Below are positions 48,052-62,035 of a stretch of 64,000 nt of DNA, piece by piece. The notes under the pieces are model-generated. The model was given only the letters and a program-made list of their open reading frames with translations. It ran no database searches and was not told where the DNA came from. Each line of letters opens with the position of its first letter. Within the stretch, counting starts at the first letter, position 1. The stretch covers positions 18,414,001-18,478,000 of the forward strand of contig CM119372.1 in the NCBI GenBank assembly GCA_051294905.1, in the 5' to 3' direction. Origin of the DNA: Botryllus schlosseri. Its lineage: Eukaryota. Both the position numbers and the translations under genes were made by a program.

Positions 48052-49085
48052 CAATAACTCATTATCATTTCTGGACGTTTTAGTCAAAAAGCACAATACC
48101 AACAAATGTGAAACGTCTGTCTTCAGGAAACCGACATTCACATGCCAATACCTTCGTTGGAATTCATTTAGTCCTCGACGCAGAGAAATTAACCTCATAG
48201 GCACTTTCGTGTATAGAGCGTTGATGATATGTTCAGGTAACAAACTGAGTTTAGAACTTGACAACATCCGCAAAATCTTACTTGATAACGGTTACCCTGA
48301 ACACGTCATCAACCGCGGCATAGAGAGGAAATTACCTCAATTCAACGCAGAAAAATCAACAGAGCCCACCGAACGAACAATAAAATATGTTTATATCCAA
48401 TATCCATCTACCTTGGATTGGTCCCATTTCCACCCGCTTTGAAAAACAATTGATTTCTGCGGTCAGTAAGTGTTACGACACAGTCAAAGTCAACGTGAGT
48501 TTTACGACTGCTTCCTTCAACACGCAAAGACGTGCTTCCTGCACTTCAACAACGTAATGCAGTGTACGAACATTAGTGCCACTGCGATTGTGGCTACGTG
48601 GTCAGAACGTCAAAGCGTTTGCAGGAACGCATAAAGCAACATGTCCCCAGATTTATAAGAACACGTGCATCAGGCTCGGTGAAAAGCTCACCCTTAACTG
48701 ATCCACTCAAGCTTGATGCTGAGCGACCAAAGGCCATCAATTCTGCCATCGGCAAACACCTGTCGGATAATCCGATTTGTGCGAATAATTATCGAGACGA
48801 CAGATTTCGCGTCACTGGGAAGGGTCGTTCACACTTCCATTTGTGTGCCTTGGAGTCGACTTTTATCAAAATGCACCAGCCAAAACTCTGTCAACAGAAA
48901 GAGTTCGTGTACCACCTGGGAATAGTGCATTGAACGCTCTCTCATTCGAAATTTCATGCTGGTGACATCATATTTTGTGATACGATTGTTAATATACAAT
49001 GTTCTTTCCAATTCTCTGCTAGTTGCTGACGATTACCCCTGACGAGTGAAAAAATATTCGGGTTCATTTCAATATGAATATACTA
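48052..49085 (+). mobile_element. 5'-truncated, degenerate Penelope-like retroelement (RT thumb, GIY-YIG endonuclease, pLTR)
   Basis: FLDVLV...TSVFRKPTFTCQYLRWNSFSP...ELDNIRKILLDNGYPEHVIN, then CHCDCGYVVRTSKRLQERIKQH...SAIGKHL...LESTFIKMHQPKLCQQKEF; stops and frameshifts; hammerhead relic at 49025-49063. Confidence 0.88.
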
Positions 49086-49400
49086 TTCTATATTTTAAAT
49101 TGTAAGTTTGCACATGAGAATCAACGTTAACTTATAAGCTGTGCTGTGTCAAAACGGAAGGGAAATGTAGGATGCTGCAGGCCATATTGGGCTGTTTTCA
49201 ATTGGGCTTGAATTTTCCTACACTGGATGTGTTGACATGACCTTGACATATATTCGATGTGCTTGTTATGCCAACTAAAATTTTGTTAATTCATCTCACT
49301 CCTGAAGCGAGGAGTCCTTCATTGACAGAATATTTTGCCGATCCGATGTGATTTAGAAAACATAATTTATATTTTTCTATACTATGGTCGGTATACTCAC

Positions 49401-49580
49401 GCAAGCATTTGAATCGCCTGCCGTTGTCCCACTTGGTGTCGCTTTTGCATATCGTTTTATCTGCGCCTACTTCGACGTAGCCGCTGTTGCATCGAAGTTG
49501 ACACGTCGATCCGACTAACGTATCCAGAGAGCAGTTGACCGCGCCGTGGCGGACACTGTATATCGCGTCGGAACAGGCCG
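49401..49580 (-). CDS. Sushi/CCP domain exon (ACSDAIYSVRHGAVNCSLDTLVGSTCQLRCNSGYVEVGADKTICKSDTKWDNGRRFKCL)
   Basis: CCP pattern C..HG...C...GS.C...C.SGY...G....C....W....C; acceptor catcatgttcAG, donor GTGAGT; phase 1-1. Confidence 0.9.
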
Positions 49581-51469
49581 CTGAACATGATGTTTGTGAT
49601 TTAGATAAAGTCGTGGTGCGCCCAACAACGTTTCCACCACAAGTTGATATTGATCATTTATTGAAAATGACTCATAATTAGTTGATGCGTCGTATTTTAT
49701 AATGCGCGTTTGCATCCATTCGAATAAAATAAATAGTATGCAATCTCGCTAATAGTAGAGGTCTTTTTCTCACGCTGATATCAAGATCGAGGTGTGCATG
49801 GCTGACTTGACTATAGTATGACTATTCTATGACTAGTGGCTACGCATCATAATTTCGTGAATCGATATAATATATATTTTATATTAGTTGTTATGTACTA
49901 TATATACAACTATAGTTGACATTGGGTAGTTATTCTGGGGCGTAACATATATCTTCTCGCAAGCACAGACAGGAGCAGTAACATTGCCCCAACACGAAGG
50001 CAGAGATTACACCTCGGTTCGCGAGCCCAAAAGAAGCACTGCAGAGTTTCTGTGAGTGGTCACTGGTCAATGCTCACAGCCAGGCCTAAATCAAAACAGA
50101 ACTGAATGACGAAGCGCCGTGAACGAAACATCTAATGTCTAAACTAAACTCTTTCCGCTAAGTTATACCCTATATTTGACGGTTTCTCGCACCTTCGAAT
50201 GGGGGCAGGACTATTCGGTGCTTGCAGTTTCGGCACAATCGGTTTCGACGCCAGGACAAACAAGACATATCAAGTTTATGCCAACCTGCGGGTGGTCAAC
50301 TTAGGTCAAGGTTTTATACGGCATGTCGTTCAAGTTCAGGTCGGTTTAACGCTACCCTTCTTTAGCGCATATTTGCGTCACATATTCGGTTAAAATAGAT
50401 ATGTCTTGACATGTTCACTGTCCACTTGTCCAGGCGCCGAAACAGCCTGTGTCGAAATGGTGGCGCCGCATAGTCTCGTACACTCCTTTCGAATAGTAGT
50501 TGGGCCTTGTAAACCTATTGAAATTGCGATAATTGATAATAATTGATATATTTACTCAATTAGTCCAAGATCATGTGCGATGGGGCCGAAATTGGTTACG
50601 TTCTTGATTCGCGTGTTGGCCGTTTGGCGGTTGGTATTTACCTCACCGCGGTACAAACCCCGTTTCCCAACTGATCTTCGAAATATCAGAATTCAATAAT
50701 CATTCACGCAACGCATTATATTTATCGTTCTTGAAAGTATGCGCGGCTAGCGTTACTGCCAAACACCAGATAAATTATCGTAAACAATCTCAAATACAGT
50801 GTTCGTGAGGGTATTCACGTCGGGTAGGCTTACAACATGCTTTTTAACGATTCAACAATGGCAGAACGCCATCACTATTATCAAAAATAAAGATGCCCAA
50901 AGTATAAACTGTCACTCTATGCCTCCGGGCTGAAGCGTTTTAAGGTATATCCAACCGTTCCTGAAAACCATTACAGGCATCTTAGTAACTTCGCATATCG
51001 ATGGAAAATAAGATCGGTTTTAGATCCGACCATTGTTCCACTTTGTAGTTTGTAATATCATCTTTCCAAAACCGAACCAAACGATTGGATGAGAGTATCA
51101 TCTTATAATGTAAATGGTTTTTGAAGAAAACATACACCAACACGTGATAGTGAGCCATACTATCATATCAAAAGTCATTTCCTAAAACAGTAGGGCATTG
51201 ATTGCCAGGAAAGTACTCCGCCTTGGATTACATGAGGCTATTAAGTGCACCGTATGGATCATATATACTTATATATTTATATATAACAGACGAGTTATGC
51301 ACATTGCACACATAGGCGCAAAAAAATCCGATAAAACGCTTTCCGTACCAGGATCAACTGTACTTCTACATGACACAGCATTCGCTGCGTCACCCTGTCG
51401 TTTCGGAATGAGGCATCGATTTACATATGTCACAAAGCAAGTCATTGACTAAAGATTAGTATGTCTTAC

Positions 51470-51864
51470 GGTGGCAGCCTTCGAATATGCCGTGGCATCC
51501 CACAGAGAATGCGGATCGGATTCTTGGTGACGTGTAGTTCCCCTTTGAGAGCCCCGGCTTTGTTCCCTCTTTGCAATGCTTCACGCATATTCTCACTGAT
51601 TTGAATTTCTGGAATACTGCGATCCCGGCGTTCTAAACGAAAGCTTATAAATTACCGTTTATCTCGACGTCCCCGCAAGTAGGTTTGATAGTACCCAAGC
51701 CGGCCTTTGTCGGTTGCTCTCAAGGCCTTCGTTCCGTAGATTTACGTGGACAACAGTGTTCAAACTATTTCTATTCTTAATGCAGTATATTTTAACATCG
51801 CCGCCATCGATTTTCAGCTCAAAGTGATTGAAGATGAAGCAATACGGGTTTAACTCTGCGGGAC
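51470..51864 (-). CDS. two candidate upstream exons of the protease gene (51746-51864 and 51470-51632), Cys-containing, unidentified
   Basis: Good splice sites (ctctctgttcAG, GTAAAT, ttcgtttAG, GTAAGA); phases 1-0 and 0-1 chain into the phase-1 Sushi exon; no recognisable domain. Confidence 0.35.
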
Positions 51865-54800
51865 CTGAACAGAGAGAGGTAGGAATTCGTTATTTAAATG
51901 AGTCTTGAAAGGGTGTACTAAACGTGTACGGGTATGGTGGTTGAAAGAAGTCAATCCCATTATTATGTACTTGCTTTGTTTGTTTCGTGGGGTGGCGTCG
52001 TAATTTTAGAATGAAATCGTGACTGTGCGAGTGTCCGTCCGGTATATGTCACTTCAATTGTTGATGATTCACGCGAAAAATTCCAAGGATAAGCTTTGAA
52101 TAGATGTAGCTCTCCTGGTTAACGTATGGGGATATGTTTTGATGTGGTATTCAAGTTTTGAGTATATATTGAGTGTATAGGTGTATCTATTTTAATCGCA
52201 CGGTTCTTAAATGAGGTTTGCTTTGTACACGCGGTAGTTCAAGACAACGAGGTGGGTGATCGGATTGGTACCAATAAACATGTTTTTGATGTCAAAATTT
52301 CATATAAAATAGATCAACGGCTCTGATTTCTTTCGCTTTACGACCGCGCAGGAATGTGTCCTTTACCACAAACCCAGCAATTTAGAAGTCGACTCACTGC
52401 GAATCCAATTAGTTAATGACGCGAGGCACGCGACGGATTTTGGAATCGAGTCATAATCGTGTTTGTATAAGGCCTCCGCGTTAGTTGAGATATGCTAACA
52501 TAGTGAACTCTGTGGGCCGCTTATTTATAGTTATTTTGAGAATTACAGAAGAGACAATCCGATGTAAAACTTATGCGCTTCCATTAAATACGAATGTATG
52601 TCCACATTGTCCACCAGTCAAATAAGTTACATCATGAGTAAGACCGCATCTGATAGTTATTCCCGTCAGTCGGTGTCACTTGCCAGCGTGGCATGATTGA
52701 AGCACGTCATTTATGTCTGTGACATGTTCTCGGAAATCCAATTCATCATAGATTTTGCCGATAAATCCTTGAAATGTAGCGAAAATTAGATAATGATGTT
52801 ATTGCGGTAACTTTTCTGCATACATAACAATTATGGAATTAGTTAGGAATACGCTGGTTGCTGATATTATAAAATCAATTTATACTGAAATCATGAAGTA
52901 TGTTTCTGCATACATATCGAGAAACAATGCTATAGTTTCGTAATTATAAACACTCTTCTTCATTAATCCTATCGGTCAGTGTAAAGAAGTATAGACAAGT
53001 CTCCTTGATATAGCACATCTCGCATGGTTGTTGTTGATGCCATTAAAAACGCAGGAAACATTGACCTCCGCCTCATGGATACTTGTCTCCAACAAATAAG
53101 CTTCGTTCTTAATTCACTATGACTTCATTAACTTTACACACACCAAAAAGAGGAAGGGGTAAAATATCACGCAGAATTACACTTTGACGCTGGCAACAGT
53201 ATTCGAACCGCTAACCGGCGTCATCATTTTCTCTTAATGTGTGGAAAACCCTTTTCAGAATACGTAGATATTGGACACAGGCGTATATCTAGCGAAGAGA
53301 AAATTTGGGGTTTTGAAAAAACTGATAAATCAAACTATTAGACATCTCACATTATGCTTTCACAAACTTCAAACTCGAGTAATTCACGAATTTTTCACAT
53401 TCTGCTCGGGAATGCCGCTAATTGGGGTAATCAGCCGCACCTCAATTTTACGCCATTATCTTCGCTTCTGTTTGAATATACCATCTCTAACTATACTTTG
53501 GCTACATCTTACAACTGCTAGTTAAAAATATGCATCTCGAGTATCCATGCGTACCAGCGTTTTCTTGCAAATGTTCAATAACGTGAGCGCAGATTTTTAA
53601 TTATTTGACCGGCGACCCGTCAATATACCTACATAGCTAAAACATAGTGTATATCATAATGGAATTGTAGTTGACAGTGGATGGCGCTCTGTTGTTGGTG
53701 TCAAATGGAGATATGTAAATGGGACTTTCATTCATTCATTCATTCATTTTTTCATCGATTCAGAAACTCCACAACGTTGCGACACAATGAAACGATAGGA
53801 AGGTGTCGAAACGAATTGGACTTCAATCTAGAAACAGACCTCGCTCAGATAACAGTTCGAAATAGAAGAATACATACACTATTCAATTTATACGTGATTA
53901 CATTTATTATCATCACTGTTTGAATAATGGCGCTTCTGACCCATTAGGTCATTTCCACCACGTGTGTGGCATAAGTATAACATCGACAGAAGTTCACAAG
54001 TATTTCCCACACGATAAGATGAATCCCACAACTGGGGTTACGAATTGGGGAGAGGCGAGAACGTTTCTGAAAACACGGTGCTATAACAAGTACACGATGC
54101 AGCGAGAAATCGACGGTGGAAATCGAATGGAACGAATGAAATGCGATACGCGATAAAACCATTTATGAGAAAATAAACAGGTCGGATTTTAGTTTAAAGA
54201 TATATATGTATATATAACCATTACTGATGTCACAGATAAGAGATAATCGAAGTAAACCACATGGTCACTGATGCTAAAACCTTTAAGCTATATGCGTTCG
54301 AGAGGTGATCTATTTTGTTACGATGCGGGTATTCTCGTGCACTATGCGGCGGGTCCGAACTATATGCGTTATGTCTGCATAAATTTATAATAAACATTGT
54401 GCCTATAATCAGGACTTATGCCCACTGATTATGTGTACTAAGGTCATTAGATCACTCCAGTGAACTGCGCTGCCTTATAAATCCCTTTACATACACCCAC
54501 CTACAGACAACGATCTATATCTGAAATAGTTCCAAGGATTATGCGTAATCGAATAACTGCCGCTAACGGTACATTCTCAGCCTGCTGCCGCTTATAGCCA
54601 AAACACGCGGAATACGAAATATTTATAAGATCGGCAAATATTGCGGTATATTCCATCAATCAAGAATCAAAACAAACATAGCTCGACACCTGTGACAGGA
54701 TCTCGGCGAGACCTTGACTTTTGTAAGTTTTAATAACGTGGGAACAAATCTGATCCGCCACTGCGCAGTGCAGTGCACCCTGAACTAACATTGAATTCCA

Positions 54801-55200
54801 GGAATTTTTAATGCGAAGTCCATGGTCATGGAAATGTGTTAACTGACGTGATTAATGATAAGGTTGTAGTGTGCACCATTTACGAGCGCTGCATAGCCAG
54901 CGAATATAGTGTTCATTTCGTAAATAAACACACGAGGGTAGGTTGCAAGTATATGATATCACCGGCGGCTATCATTTAGAAGTTGTATCCAGCATTAGCA
55001 TCGCATTGCCAAAGCCGCGAAACCTTAGCCTGCAGGTATTTAATATTACCGTATTCACTAACCTAATCATAACTTGCAAACATGCGACTTATTTCCGTGC
55101 GGATACCAATAACTTATTCAGTGCCAAGTTCCCGTCTATATTAATAACCGGTATAATTAAGATGGCAGCATGCAAGAAACTTGAAGTAAAGAGGCCATAC

Positions 55201-55380
55201 ATCAGGGGTCGGCAACCTTTTGCTAGTCACGGGCCAGACATCGATTGTACAACTCTTTGGCGGGCCGGAATTATCATTTTTATTATAATTCACACTCACT
55301 TTAGGGGGTCGCCAACTTAAAATAGTCTAGGATCACTTTCCAAACTTGATAGACGCCGCGGGCCTCACGATTTTAATGTA
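55201..55380 (+). mobile_element. hAT MITE fragment (CAGGGGTCGGCAACC family)
   Basis: 5' TIR-like CAGGGGTCGGCAACC and GCGGGCC motifs. Confidence 0.5.
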
Positions 55381-55639
55381 AACACCTAATATTTGGCATC
55401 TGATGAGCTTTTAGCTAAGGTGAAAAGGCATTATATCAATGTAACGTGTGGTTGTCTACACGTGTGGTAAAAATATTGTTAAAAAGAATCGCTGCTTCAC
55501 CTTAATACAGCACTATGAATTATACGTATAGAAAGGAAAGGACGTAGTCCATTTTTGTCGTTGATTTTTTTTTTGCGGCATATACGCCCATTCATAATAT
55601 AGGCCTACATACACGCGATCTGTGCATACTGCATACGCA

Positions 55640-55815
55640 TGCCATCAGTGCGTGGATGTGCAATATTTGTGCATATGCCGCTGGACGAGGAAGGTGGATT
55701 TCTAAGTCTTGCATCCAGCGTTACTAATCAGGTCCTTGATCTGACCCGGCCAGGAATCAAACCCGCGATCTACCGATCAAGAAGCCGGACGCTTCACCTT
55801 TACGCTATCTTGACG
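55640..55815 (-). mobile_element. tRNA-derived SINE family 1 copy
   Basis: Minus strand GATAGCGTAAAGGTGAAGCGTCCGGCTTCTTGATCGGTAGATCGCGGGTTTGATTCCTGGCCGGGTCAG; head matches 29482. Confidence 0.6.
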
Positions 55816-56379
55816 GTATTTATCGTAGCATGATGTATAGTGTTTAAGTTAATATTTGCATAATACCGTGGCACGACAATTGAGCTAAATTTGAACTTGA
55901 GCTGGGGGGTCCGCGGGGGTGCGTGATCGTTCAAAAGGGTTCTGTGAAGACAAAAAGGTTGGGAATCACCGACATAATGGATCTACCTTACGCTCGAGAC
56001 TGCCAGAGCATCTCCAAGTCATCTTGACACCAGCAAATCGACGACCTATCAGCATCCATGCAGTCGCAGCAAAAGCGCGACCAGCTATCGAGTGCGGGGC
56101 ATACTACAAAATATACGTCATGCTATTTGGAGGTTTAGATGTTTTTCGGGCCCCCTGAAAGTGCTTCGTGGACCCCCGGTTGATAACCACTGCATTGTGT
56201 TGACCATGGCTATATAGTTGCTAGTAAGAGCATCGTGGGCGGGGTGAATTCTGTTTCATCGGCCTGTCGTCTTTTGCGAGCACGCTATATGCAATGTCAA
56301 AGTCATTTTTAGCGAAAAATGGCGATGTTGAAAGCGAGAGAAGAAATCTTTGCGGAAACGATCAAGATTTTAAAAAAAT

Positions 56380-56640
56380 AGTATTTCAAGCATTGATATA
56401 TATTTTCCGAAATCTGAAACCAGGTCGCGGGCCGAAAAAAATACAATGGTCTATTAGGGTGTTTTGATATAGTAGAAATACCACACTATTTCCAAACAGT
56501 GCCAACACTGCAGTTTGGAACTCCACGGGAAACGGCGGGCCGCATTCTCTTGATAACTGATTATCATGTCGCGGGCCGGACGATTTCGCTTGGCGGGCCG
56601 GATCCGGCCCGCGGGCCGTAGGTTGCCGACCCTTGCCATA
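56380..56640 (-). mobile_element. hAT MITE (GGGTCGGCAACC..GGCCCGCGGGCCGGATCCGGCCC family)
   Basis: Characteristic subterminal GGCCCGCG repeats on the minus strand. Confidence 0.6.
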
Positions 56641-59600
56641 CATGGACGATTTATAATACGAGCGACAGGGAAGAGATTTGAGGCATATGTAACGTGCATG
56701 CCCTAACAACCAAATTTTCATGGGAAACAGATTGCCAGAAGGACAAAGATTCGCCTGCCTGTAATTTTCACGTCATAAACACGATGGCGATGTGCGGCCT
56801 TCAAGTATGGCGTAGTAGGCACAATAGCAAACTGTTGTATTAAACCGAAGTAAAGTACATTTGAACATAAACATAAATATACATTGTATGGAATTAACTT
56901 CTCAATTGCAGAATCAATATTGTAGACATAGCGACATGACATCGCAGGTCTCAAATGACGTCTGCCGTACGTCACTACTTCTCTCAACATCAAATGTCTG
57001 GAGATTCAGATATGAAGCAGAATGATAAATTATTTTAGCATCAATTACGGTAAGAACATATATGTATATATAACCATAGTTTCGCCCGCATATAGTCCAT
57101 ACAGGAGGCCATCCGACCACTGTTAACTTTCGCCGAATATCCATTCATTTACTTCTTTATGCCGTAAGTCGCAACCCACACATGATATACATTACTAGAT
57201 AGTGACGTATTTCATGATATTGAATAAAAATGACTGTGTAATTGTGTGACTCATAAATTGGCGAATCTATTTGCCTTTCTTCGTATGACACAAACGAAAT
57301 TACATACACCTACCTCTCGTTATCGACTCAAAGTAGTCGTGATAAAATGTTTGAACGTTTACGTTCCTGAAGAGGCTCAAAACTTCATCGAAGTTATCAT
57401 TCCACGTCGATTTTTCGGGATAAATAGCTGGGTGGGATCCGTGACCGTCAGTACGGTGTAGCCTTGATATCGTCACCAGCGATATTATTTGAAAGGCACT
57501 CCACAGAGATTGCTGTCCTGCTATTTTCATCTTGTATTAGGAAATATAAAGATGTTCCAAGCAAACCTCGCGGTATCGCGTTCTCGCAGATATGTAATGT
57601 ACGTCGGCAGCGGCGGCGTTTATAAAAAAAAGAGTTCTCTGCGGAGCTCGCTGAAAAAAGGAAGTGGGCTCAATCTTAATATAGAATGATTCATCTGGCG
57701 CGCTGCGTCGGAAACAAGTTTGATAGTCTATCACAAGTCTGGCATTGTTGCCGCGTGACGAGTGACATTGATTTTGAAATTTTGCGTAAAACCCAAATGT
57801 CCCGCTAATTCACATAAAAACCCGACAATCGCCTGCGTCATGCCGCGTGCGAAACTGTTTTGTTCGATTAGGTAACCGGATATCAGCGTAGTTGACCGGT
57901 TGTGATAACAGACCGGTCGTAAAGTGGAATTTTCCCCAATTATTCGGTCATCAAGGCGAGATAATTCTTGATTGGTCGGATGAATGTAGCACGTTTCTGA
58001 ATCTGGCACCTGCACCTCAAGCCTATCCCCGCGTCGTCCGCTAATCCGCGGAGCGACGTGGCGGTTTGTTTATTGCCAAAGTCGTCATTACGCACTTTGT
58101 TGCTTTTGATGTACTTTACCTTTGAATCGGCGGATAATTAATTTTCTGAGACAGAAAGTTCGTCTCATCGCGAGACAGTAAATATTTCCCGAATCTTGCT
58201 GTTAGTATTATGCAAGCACTCGAGAACTTCAAATCCGCCGAGCAATCATCACGATTCTGTCGGCAGTTACTTACGCGGGAGAGTTAGTTACAACAGCAAT
58301 AGGTGGTCGAAATGCGGAACGCAAGGACAGCACTTTCGAATCTTCACAGCGCCTTGCTAAGTTGCTATTAATGAGTTTAGCCTATCACGTTCCCAGTTGC
58401 ATGGAAACGGCATTGTCATGCATATTATCGACTATCTATCTGTGTTCAACTGCTATGTAACAATAGGGACTGGAGATACTATCGCGCAGCCAGTACAATG
58501 GCTTGATTTTGTAACAATGATGATTAAAGCCGTACGGGTGTCTGCTAATCCTTCGCGGAATAAGGCACCGCGAACAGCGCTCGCGAGAACTCAGTAAGTT
58601 CACGTGGGTTGAGTTGAATGTCGATAACGGTAATGAGTATCTTACAACCTTTACTATCCAAACGCATGGCTCTGTGGACAGAAGTAGATTTGCTACAATT
58701 ATACACATTGTGTACTTTATGACAGCATTGTCACGCAAATTTGGCATCGAGGATTACATCATCGTTGTTGTTTCATAATTTAATTAAAATCAAGCACAAG
58801 ACTCTTAACTCGATCGATTAAGCGTGTAATTATTCACATGAAAAACGAAACAATTCCCAGGCCATTGGTGACGCTGCGTGTGGAGGCTAATTCGCGGATA
58901 TCGAACAGTCTCTACATTAAATCGCGTAATTTTGAGGGGTCTCGGGCTAAAAACAAATCGGTACGCTTGAACTAGCAAACTTATTACGCCTATGGAAGGG
59001 GAGTATGATCCTTCGTGTTTTAGAATTTCTATATCATGCCGGTATAGTGTCTGTCGAAGGCGCGATTGAGAATTTGACGGCATGCTCGAACTTTCGCAAA
59101 ACCTTTCTCAGTCTCCAAAATTTAATTATGCGCCGAGGACGTGAGTGTTGCGTCCCACGTCATTCCTAAAACCGGTCACGATAACAACTTACTTTCATTA
59201 TAAATGCGCCGATAAAGATGATATCGGAGGAAAAGCTTCTAAAATGTCAAATATTCGTCAAGTCAGGATCAAATCCATCGAACAAGATGATACATTTTCG
59301 AATGCTATGTAAAACGAATACACCAAGTCATTATACGGATGATTATACGATTGGTAATTGCTGTGACCTTATCCAATGCTTTTGCTCTGTTGTGTAGAGT
59401 AAGTCAATTTGTCATTTCAAATTCACGTCTTTCAGAATGATTTGTTGACCTGCAAGAGTCAGTCGACTTCCCCTATATTTCTTACTTCTTCCGCATACAT
59501 GAAAGCATATAGACCAGACGAAAGGTGTTCGTAGCAATGATAATGTCATAAAGAAGACCTATTCGTAACATTGACCGTCCGCGGGACGACTTTATTGTCA

Positions 59601-61894
59601 TTAAAAACCGGGCCATTTTGATAAATGTAAAACCGATTTAGCTATTTTTGCGTCGCAAAGAGGTAGCAGGAGGGCTTATATTTGTAGTGAAATAAAGCAA
59701 TAAATATCTGTCGGTGTAACGGCATTCAAAGACACACCACAGGATTTCGGGCCTCGATGCGATGTACTGCATGCTGCCACAGACAACGCAGTCGAGATTC
59801 TCTTCATCAATACCAAGACAAACAGGGTAACACAACAATGAGGCATCCAGCTACATGTTCCTGTGCTGGAATCGACAAATACAAATACCTTATTCGCAAT
59901 GCAAAACACTTCGTATCGGCTAACGCGGTCAAATCTGTACAGACTGCATCATGTATGAAAAAGCGGCAAAATTCAACCCGGTTGACTTTACGATGGAATC
60001 CATCATAGCGATAGTACAAACTCGATATGACATCATTTCGAAATATGAAGCCGAGAAGGTCGATTCGGTAACGCCAAACTGTACATCGATCTCTAATTCA
60101 TGAATGTCGCATAAGATCGGTACACGTTCAATATTAGCATGTCTCGTCGAGATATATATAATATTTATATATAGTAAAATTCTGCTAACCAGAAATCACT
60201 CTCCAATCTGGTCGCTGTAGATTTGAACCACGCATGGCTGCATACACAGTGTCAAACGTCATTTCATGTTATAAATACGCCCATCGTGGACAGATATAAT
60301 AAAACACTATTGTGAGGTATCAAATTCTTCATTCAATGCTTCAACTACTTAACGCCATCATTGAACTCGAGCATGGATTCGTGTAATTTTTGCTGTGAAT
60401 AATTTAACGTTTTGATATGTAGTACTCCTGATGGGATCGTTAAAATGAACCATTTACTCACTACAAAGTACAAACCTTCCACTTCTTGTTTCACCATCAT
60501 CATTATTAATAATATTAATAATCAATATCATCAACAACGAATAATGCGTACATATATACTCCTCTAGATATATATAGTTTTTGTTGGTCAGTTTTGGTAC
60601 AAGCATTGTGGCGAAACGTAAGGTTAGGAATTGGCAGATTTCTCACATTCCGTTTCGTTTGGACGTGGCGAGTGATTTGTTGCTGTCAACTGTCAACTTT
60701 AAGCAGCCTCGTGCCACGTTACGCCTGTGAATTGAGTGAATTTACGTCAGTAGAGACATTAGGTTTAATGATGAGGGCGGTCAGTCGTCAATGTATAGCC
60801 GCTTTAGTGTAAAAATAAACCACGAAATGCTATCATCCGCAAAAAGTCGTTTTAACAAAAATAATACCACCGCAACCGCGGATGACTTCTCTTTGAAAAT
60901 GGTTAACAGCCGGTTACTATTCAAACGCGTGGCGCGTGCTAGATGGCAGAAATTTTGACCGATTCGATTTAACGGATGTTATTACACTTTAGAGAGGCCA
61001 CACTGTATGGCGATCGATTTTGGAGTTCCTTGATTAGATTCATAAAGTCCCGGCAGCAGTTTGCCCGTTATTTTCAGCCGTCGCAATCGTATGTTGATTT
61101 CTGGAATGCTATAACTTCCATAATCAAATGATATAATGATTTGCATGTCGCCTGAGAGGCACGCGCTTCTATACCAGACCAGTAGACAAATGTCTTAATG
61201 TGACCAAATGTTATGCGTCTGTGAATTACACTGCCGAAGCGATTGCTCTGTGGATGTCGGATGCAGGCGATCAAAGAGATGCCAGGGGAACGATGGCAAT
61301 TCCGACGAAAAGATGGACTTTCCAGATCAATCGACTTCTTGAGTGTTTGAGACTGTCGGACTTCGCAGAATTTCCGATTGCTATGCCGCCATAGTGACAT
61401 GAGTGGCCGGCACGAATCACATCAATATGACTTGGTGTGACGCATATGTTGAGGTAAGCGGCTAGACAGCATATTGTTAAGAAAGTAGGGTGTGCTCCTA
61501 AAATATACTGCGCCTATTCCCTGGAAAATTAGCTAATTTCGTAGCCAAGCCGCGATTATTCCGATGTAAATTCCCGAAACCGGTTGGTACTAATTTTGGC
61601 TGTCCACGTGGCACATCGCGCGAATAGCGATCTTCAGTTATTTTTAGCGTTGAACCTTCGCATATTTTAGTAATTTACCAAAAACGTTTGAAATTATTAC
61701 TGTTTGCAGAGTTTTATGCTTTGAACGTATCACGAAATAAATATTTTGTGTATACAGAAGCTTACCAGCTTACCATATGTGGTGTTGTTGTTGTTGTTGG
61801 GGGTGGTGGTGGTGGTGATGGTGTTTTTATGTTCATGGTATCTGGACTACATTGGTCATTTTACCACAGGCCGACATTCTTCATCATGACTCCC

Positions 61895-62035
61895 GAACTG
61901 CCCATTCCCAGGAGGGGCCACTTCCGCTCTAGGCTCCGGTAAGACACCGCTTACATATGATCGCATGATGAGGAAGAGCATGTAGGGAATCCTGGAGTTG
62001 AACTAGATCGGAATCGAACTCTCAACCAATTATAT
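61895..62035 (-). mobile_element. SINE family 2 copy, diverged
   Basis: AAGACACCGCTTACA core and B-box-like GAGTTCGATTCC on the minus strand. Confidence 0.5.

Noticed and set aside
55398-55445. CTGATGA...GAAA hammerhead-like string
   Set aside because: No stem I pairing; treated as chance.
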